Below, one piece after another: positions 60,129-64,000 of a stretch of DNA of 64,000 nt (positions are counted from its first letter, which is position 1; each line of letters starts with the position of its first letter). A program made the translations under genes and the position numbers. The DNA is from Curvularia clavata (lineage: Eukaryota): the NCBI GenBank assembly GCA_023920165.1, contig CP089280.1:868001-932000 (forward strand), in the 5' to 3' direction. The notes beneath the pieces were generated by a model. The model was given only the letters and a program-made list of their open reading frames with translations. It made no database searches and was not told where the DNA came from.

Positions 60129-61511
60129 ATGGCCACCACAACCACGACAGCCCTCGAAGAGCACATCGAGTTCACACCCATACAGCACGACAGCACAACC
60201 ACTCTGACAAGACCTCTATCATCTTCCTCGCCCTCTCCTCAGGAATCGGACTCATCTCCTGAGAATGCCGCCTACTCCGTCACCGCCATCCCCGACGGCG
60301 GCTACGGCTGGATCATCGTTCTCTGCTGCTCCATCACGACCTTCTGCCACAATGGCATCATAAACTGCTGGGGCGTACTACAAGCCGCGTTATTAACCTC
60401 GACCCTCAAACACGTCCCGCCATCCACCCTCGCCTACGTCGGTAGTCTGGCTCTTTCCGGCGGTGCTCTCTACGGCCTACTCGCCGTGCGCCTAATGCGA
60501 CACATTGGATGCCGACTCACCATTCTCCTTGGGATACTACTCATGGGCCTCAGTCTCATCGGCGCTAGTTTCTGCACTTCGAATCTCGCGGGGCTGTTTG
60601 GAACGTACGGGCTCGTAGGGGGCACGGGAATGGCCATGGTATATGCGGTTGCGAATACACTGCCAGTACAGTATTTCAGCGCGCGTTTGGGCCTGGCGAA
60701 TGGACTTATCAAGCTCGGGGGTGGAATAGGAGGCTGTGTCATGGCGCTCGCACTCGAGGCTTTGTACCGCCGTGTCGGCATCGCCTGGACGTTTCGTATC
60801 CAGGGCTTACTTACCATGGCGCTTGGCCTGCCGGCAGCTTGTATGCTCAAGGATAGAGTGCCGCTGCGCAATGTCCCCTTTGTCGATCTTAGTATGTTCA
60901 AGAGCGTAACGTTCATTGCGACGTTTGTGGCGAGCGCAATTGGCGTTTTCGCTCTCTTCGTACCGAATTACTATCTCCCGTTGTTCGCGGCGTCAATTGG
61001 TCTCAGTTCCAGCACGGGAGCTGGGCTCGTCGCGGCGTTCAATGCGTGTAGTGCCATTGGCAGGTTCATAGCGGGCCCCCTGTGTGACAAGCTGGGCCCG
61101 TTAAATATGTTCGTCATCACCATGGCACTGAATGGCGCGAGTATGCTGGCGATCTGGCCCGTGTCGAGTACCCTGGGCCCGTTGGTTTTGTTCGCGATAT
61201 TGAATGGGGTTGCGAATGGAGCATATTTTACTACGCAGCCGACAGTAGTAGCGGGCATTTTTGGACCGGGAAGAGCGGCGGTCGCGATGAGTATGTCGGT
61301 GACGGGGTGGTCGGGAGGGTATCTTATGGGCGCGCCGATTGCGGGCTATCTGCTGCAGGCGGCGGGCGGGAAGAAGGATACGGCAAAGGGTCAGAGTATC
61401 GATGTGTATCGGCCTGCTATCTTCTATGCGGGCGGTATGGCCACGGTTTCCGCGCTGTGTGTTATTTTTGCACGGCTTACGGTGGCGAGGCAGTGGAAGA
61501 AGAGAGTCTGA
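60129..61511 (+). CDS. MFS transporter, monocarboxylate porter (MCH-like) family
   Basis: PDGGYGW, about 12 hydrophobic segments, QYFSARLGLANG and GRFIAGPLCDKLG. Confidence 0.9.
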   Translation: MATTTTTALEEHIEFTPIQHDSTTTLTRPLSSSSPSPQESDSSPENAAYSVTAIPDGGYGWIIVLCCSITTFCHNGIINCWGVLQAALLTSTLKHVPPSTLAYVGSLALSGGALYGLLAVRLMRHIGCRLTILLGILLMGLSLIGASFCTSNLAGLFGTYGLVGGTGMAMVYAVANTLPVQYFSARLGLANGLIKLGGGIGGCVMALALEALYRRVGIAWTFRIQGLLTMALGLPAACMLKDRVPLRNVPFVDLSMFKSVTFIATFVASAIGVFALFVPNYYLPLFAASIGLSSSTGAGLVAAFNACSAIGRFIAGPLCDKLGPLNMFVITMALNGASMLAIWPVSSTLGPLVLFAILNGVANGAYFTTQPTVVAGIFGPGRAAVAMSMSVTGWSGGYLMGAPIAGYLLQAAGGKKDTAKGQSIDVYRPAIFYAGGMATVSALCVIFARLTVARQWKKRV

Positions 61512-61669
61512 GGTGGATGAAGGACACTGATCAATTTCGTAAAAAGCCTCTTGTCACTTCTTATCTTTTACTAATGTTTGGGCGCAGCATCTAAGACTGT
61601 AATTTGGCCGTCATGAAGAGAAAACACGCACCTAGCACGAAGGCAACAAAAAAGTGTATGGACGAATAC

Positions 61670-62347
61670 TTAGTCAAGTAAACGGTAAAACGAAATAGCA
61701 GAATCGACAGAATAAGGAGTTTGAGAACGTGAAAATTTGAAGAGATCGGTGAAGGTCGTGGCTCTCGGGACGTCCCCCCATCCATCCTCAGTGTCAACCC
61801 AAGGATTCCGGCCCTCGGTCCCTCTCTGATACTTCTTCAACTCGGCTACCCATGGACTTCCTGGAGAGATTTCCTTATCAACTGGCTTCAAGCCCATCTT
61901 CTCTTCCAAGTATCTCGGCCAATGCTTAGCATAAAACCCACCAATCTCCAACGATCTCTCCACCTTGAGTTGTGCCAGCCCACGTATGAAAACGACGCTT
62001 TTCCCTAGCCCAATATGTATTGGGCCCGCCGAGTCCCAATAGACTTTCAAATTTTGGATCTTGGTCGCCTCGCGCTGAAGTTTGTCGAAAAGCAAGCACC
62101 ATCGCTGAGGACTAGGTGCGGTGTCGACCGCGTCGACAAAAACGAGAAGGTCAGAGATCAAAGCAGCGTTGTTTGTCTCGAGCCAGGTCATAAGAGCATC
62201 GGGTTCCGATACGTTGATAGTGAGAGATGGGAGGAGATCATCGGGTGCATCATTGAGGGTAGAAAGCTTATGTAAAGCAGGGTTAGTCCCCTCTCTCCAG
62301 GAGTAACCTCTCGGTCTTTGGAAAAATAGGTACGGAGCGGAGTACAT
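61670..62347 (-). CDS. Hypothetical protein, 225 aa
   Basis: ATG ORF with globular-looking composition; no motif recognised. Confidence 0.55.
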   Translation of the reverse strand: MYSAPYLFFQRPRGYSWREGTNPALHKLSTLNDAPDDLLPSLTINVSEPDALMTWLETNNAALISDLLVFVDAVDTAPSPQRWCLLFDKLQREATKIQNLKVYWDSAGPIHIGLGKSVVFIRGLAQLKVERSLEIGGFYAKHWPRYLEEKMGLKPVDKEISPGSPWVAELKKYQRGTEGRNPWVDTEDGWGDVPRATTFTDLFKFSRSQTPYSVDSAISFYRLLD

Positions 62348-63191
62348 TATGGATTCAGATAATGCTACCTTTTTCTAAGAATAGGAAGAGAGAGAGAATC
62401 GTTAGATGTGGGTTGATGGAAGGAAAGATTAACATGATTTTATCGATACCAGACTCACATGCCAATCCACCCTTGACATATGCGGGTGCCATGCGGCAAG
62501 TCCTAATTGGTGGCGTGAAGTTTCACAGCATCTCAGCAAGCAGCTGCAAACAAGGGCATGAGGCTCGCTTAGCGCCTTCTACTTCTGCAAGACATGCGTA
62601 TGGTGGCGCTCGAGGTGCGGGGGATGAGGACGACAAGTGCGCAAGGAGAGGCGGAGGGGTCCATGGCTACAGCGGCAAAGTTAATCAAGGTGGAATGTTA
62701 TGTACGACATAACTTAATAGATTATCTACCAAGAAGTTGTCATTCAATAGCCCTCCATCAACCACTGCTGGTTCAACTGATTTCATACGGCACAGGTCCA
62801 GACTATCGCCCAAGAAGCATGGTCTGTACGACCAGGTGCGAAGGCATCAACGCTGTGTATCTTTTGTGTCTACCGGGACGAGACCTTGCTCATGTAGGCT
62901 TCGAAAGTTATTACTAGCAGACTTTAGAAGATTTATATATGCTCGGAAGCTAAGAGCCACTTAATCTTCAAGTACATACACATCGTCTGACGGCGAAGTA
63001 CGTCTCGCTACTTAGGGATGGATATTATTTTTCATTCTCAGGTATATAAAGCTGGGTATCATGATGTGAGATTGAGCCAAGAGATGGGGAAAAGGAAAAG
63101 AAAATATAAAGTACAAAGGCTCTCTCTTCCTCTAAGAAAGACCATATCTGAAAGACTAGAAAGGGAAAAAATAAATAAACAAGAAAAACCC

Positions 63192-64000
63192 CTATCGCAG
63201 CACAATGCACTTCCTAACCGGATCCCGCTGATTCCATGCATCCTCATGTATCCTCGCGATAGCCACGCGCTCCGCATGCTCGCCAACCCACTTAATCAGC
63301 ATCACATTCAACATCTTCCAAGGGCCGGCTTCAAACTGCTCCGCCGCAAAGTCATCCACAACCTCATCCCATAAGAAATGATCCTGGGACCAGATAGGCG
63401 TGCCAGACGGATGCATAGTAGTCAGACCCACCGGCCTGCGGTTCTCAGGTGAAGGCTTGCGCCAGAGGTTGCGTGAGAGCAGGATGAATTCGTAAGGGCC
63501 TGTGGAAGAGGGCTGGGAGATGGAGGACTCGTAGTCCATGATTACGCCGCAGTGTTGGTCGTCTTCGTTGATGAGGTGCGAGCAGGGTATCTCTTTACCG
63601 TCGTGTTCGAGTTGCTCGGCAGTGAAGCCCTCTGCGGAAATTGTGGCTGCGGTGAAGCGGAGAGTGTTGGAGTCGGTTTTGTAGTCTGCGCCGCGTGGAG
63701 CATGGAACCAAGGCGGGTATTTGAGGCGCAGGGAGTTTGTGCCTTTTTCTCTTCGCACAGTGTATTGATCGGATTGGGGACCAATGTGGTAGTTTACGAC
63801 CTCGGAGCGAACCCATTCGCCTTCGCTCCGAGGGGCCGTGTAGATGTCTGGGCAAGTGGAGGGGTCAAAGGGGAAGCTGACGGGGCCTTTGTAGGCGGTC
63901 CAGCTCCAGGATGGTTCGTCTGTGTTCTCTTTGCGAGTCAAGTGGCCCGCAGGACACCACAGGAGTGAGAGATCGAACACAGCTTCTGGCAGGCCGTGAA
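63192..64000 (-). CDS. 3' part of a HET-domain (heterokaryon incompatibility-like) protein
   Basis: The frame is open to the window edge. HGLPEAVFDLSLLW, PSWSWTAYKGPV and VMLIKWVGEHAERVAIARI are typical of regions downstream of HET domains; the HET domain itself is outside the window. Confidence 0.65.
   Translation of the reverse strand, partial: HGLPEAVFDLSLLWCPAGHLTRKENTDEPSWSWTAYKGPVSFPFDPSTCPDIYTAPRSEGEWVRSEVVNYHIGPQSDQYTVRREKGTNSLRLKYPPWFHAPRGADYKTDSNTLRFTAATISAEGFTAEQLEHDGKEIPCSHLINEDDQHCGVIMDYESSISQPSSTGPYEFILLSRNLWRKPSPENRRPVGLTTMHPSGTPIWSQDHFLWDEVVDDFAAEQFEAGPWKMLNVMLIKWVGEHAERVAIARIHEDAWNQRDPVRKCIVLR

Overview
Eukaryotic, intron-containing DNA from a filamentous ascomycete. Gene content and style suggest Pezizomycotina, possibly Dothideomycetes/Pleosporales (inference). 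It is a gene-dense core region with about 25 protein-coding genes: a NOT4-like 3' end, both GDP-mannose pyrophosphorylase paralogs (alpha-type and MPG1/PSA1), a 2OG-Fe(II) oxygenase, a secreted carboxylesterase, phospholipase B, DPH2, a probable REC114, RSC9, a Zn2Cys6 factor, a cupin, RAM1, an aldo-keto reductase, tetra-ubiquitin, DUF4440-like, 2H phosphoesterase, Dabb-barrel and dsRBD-like proteins, FWD-1, CDC24, an MFS transporter and a HET-type 3' end. There is also one dispersed 5S rRNA gene and several microsatellites. I saw no transposon ORFs, CRISPR arrays or secondary-metabolite backbone genes, and no clearly new multi-gene system. The best leads are a spliced REC114-like meiotic gene visible only after joining three exons, a small Dabb gene absent from the ORF track whose 543-nt intron carries strong hairpins, linkage of the two GMPP paralogs, two GC-AG introns, and a divergent but structurally compensated 5S gene. 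All exon boundaries were derived by hand and no database searches were run.
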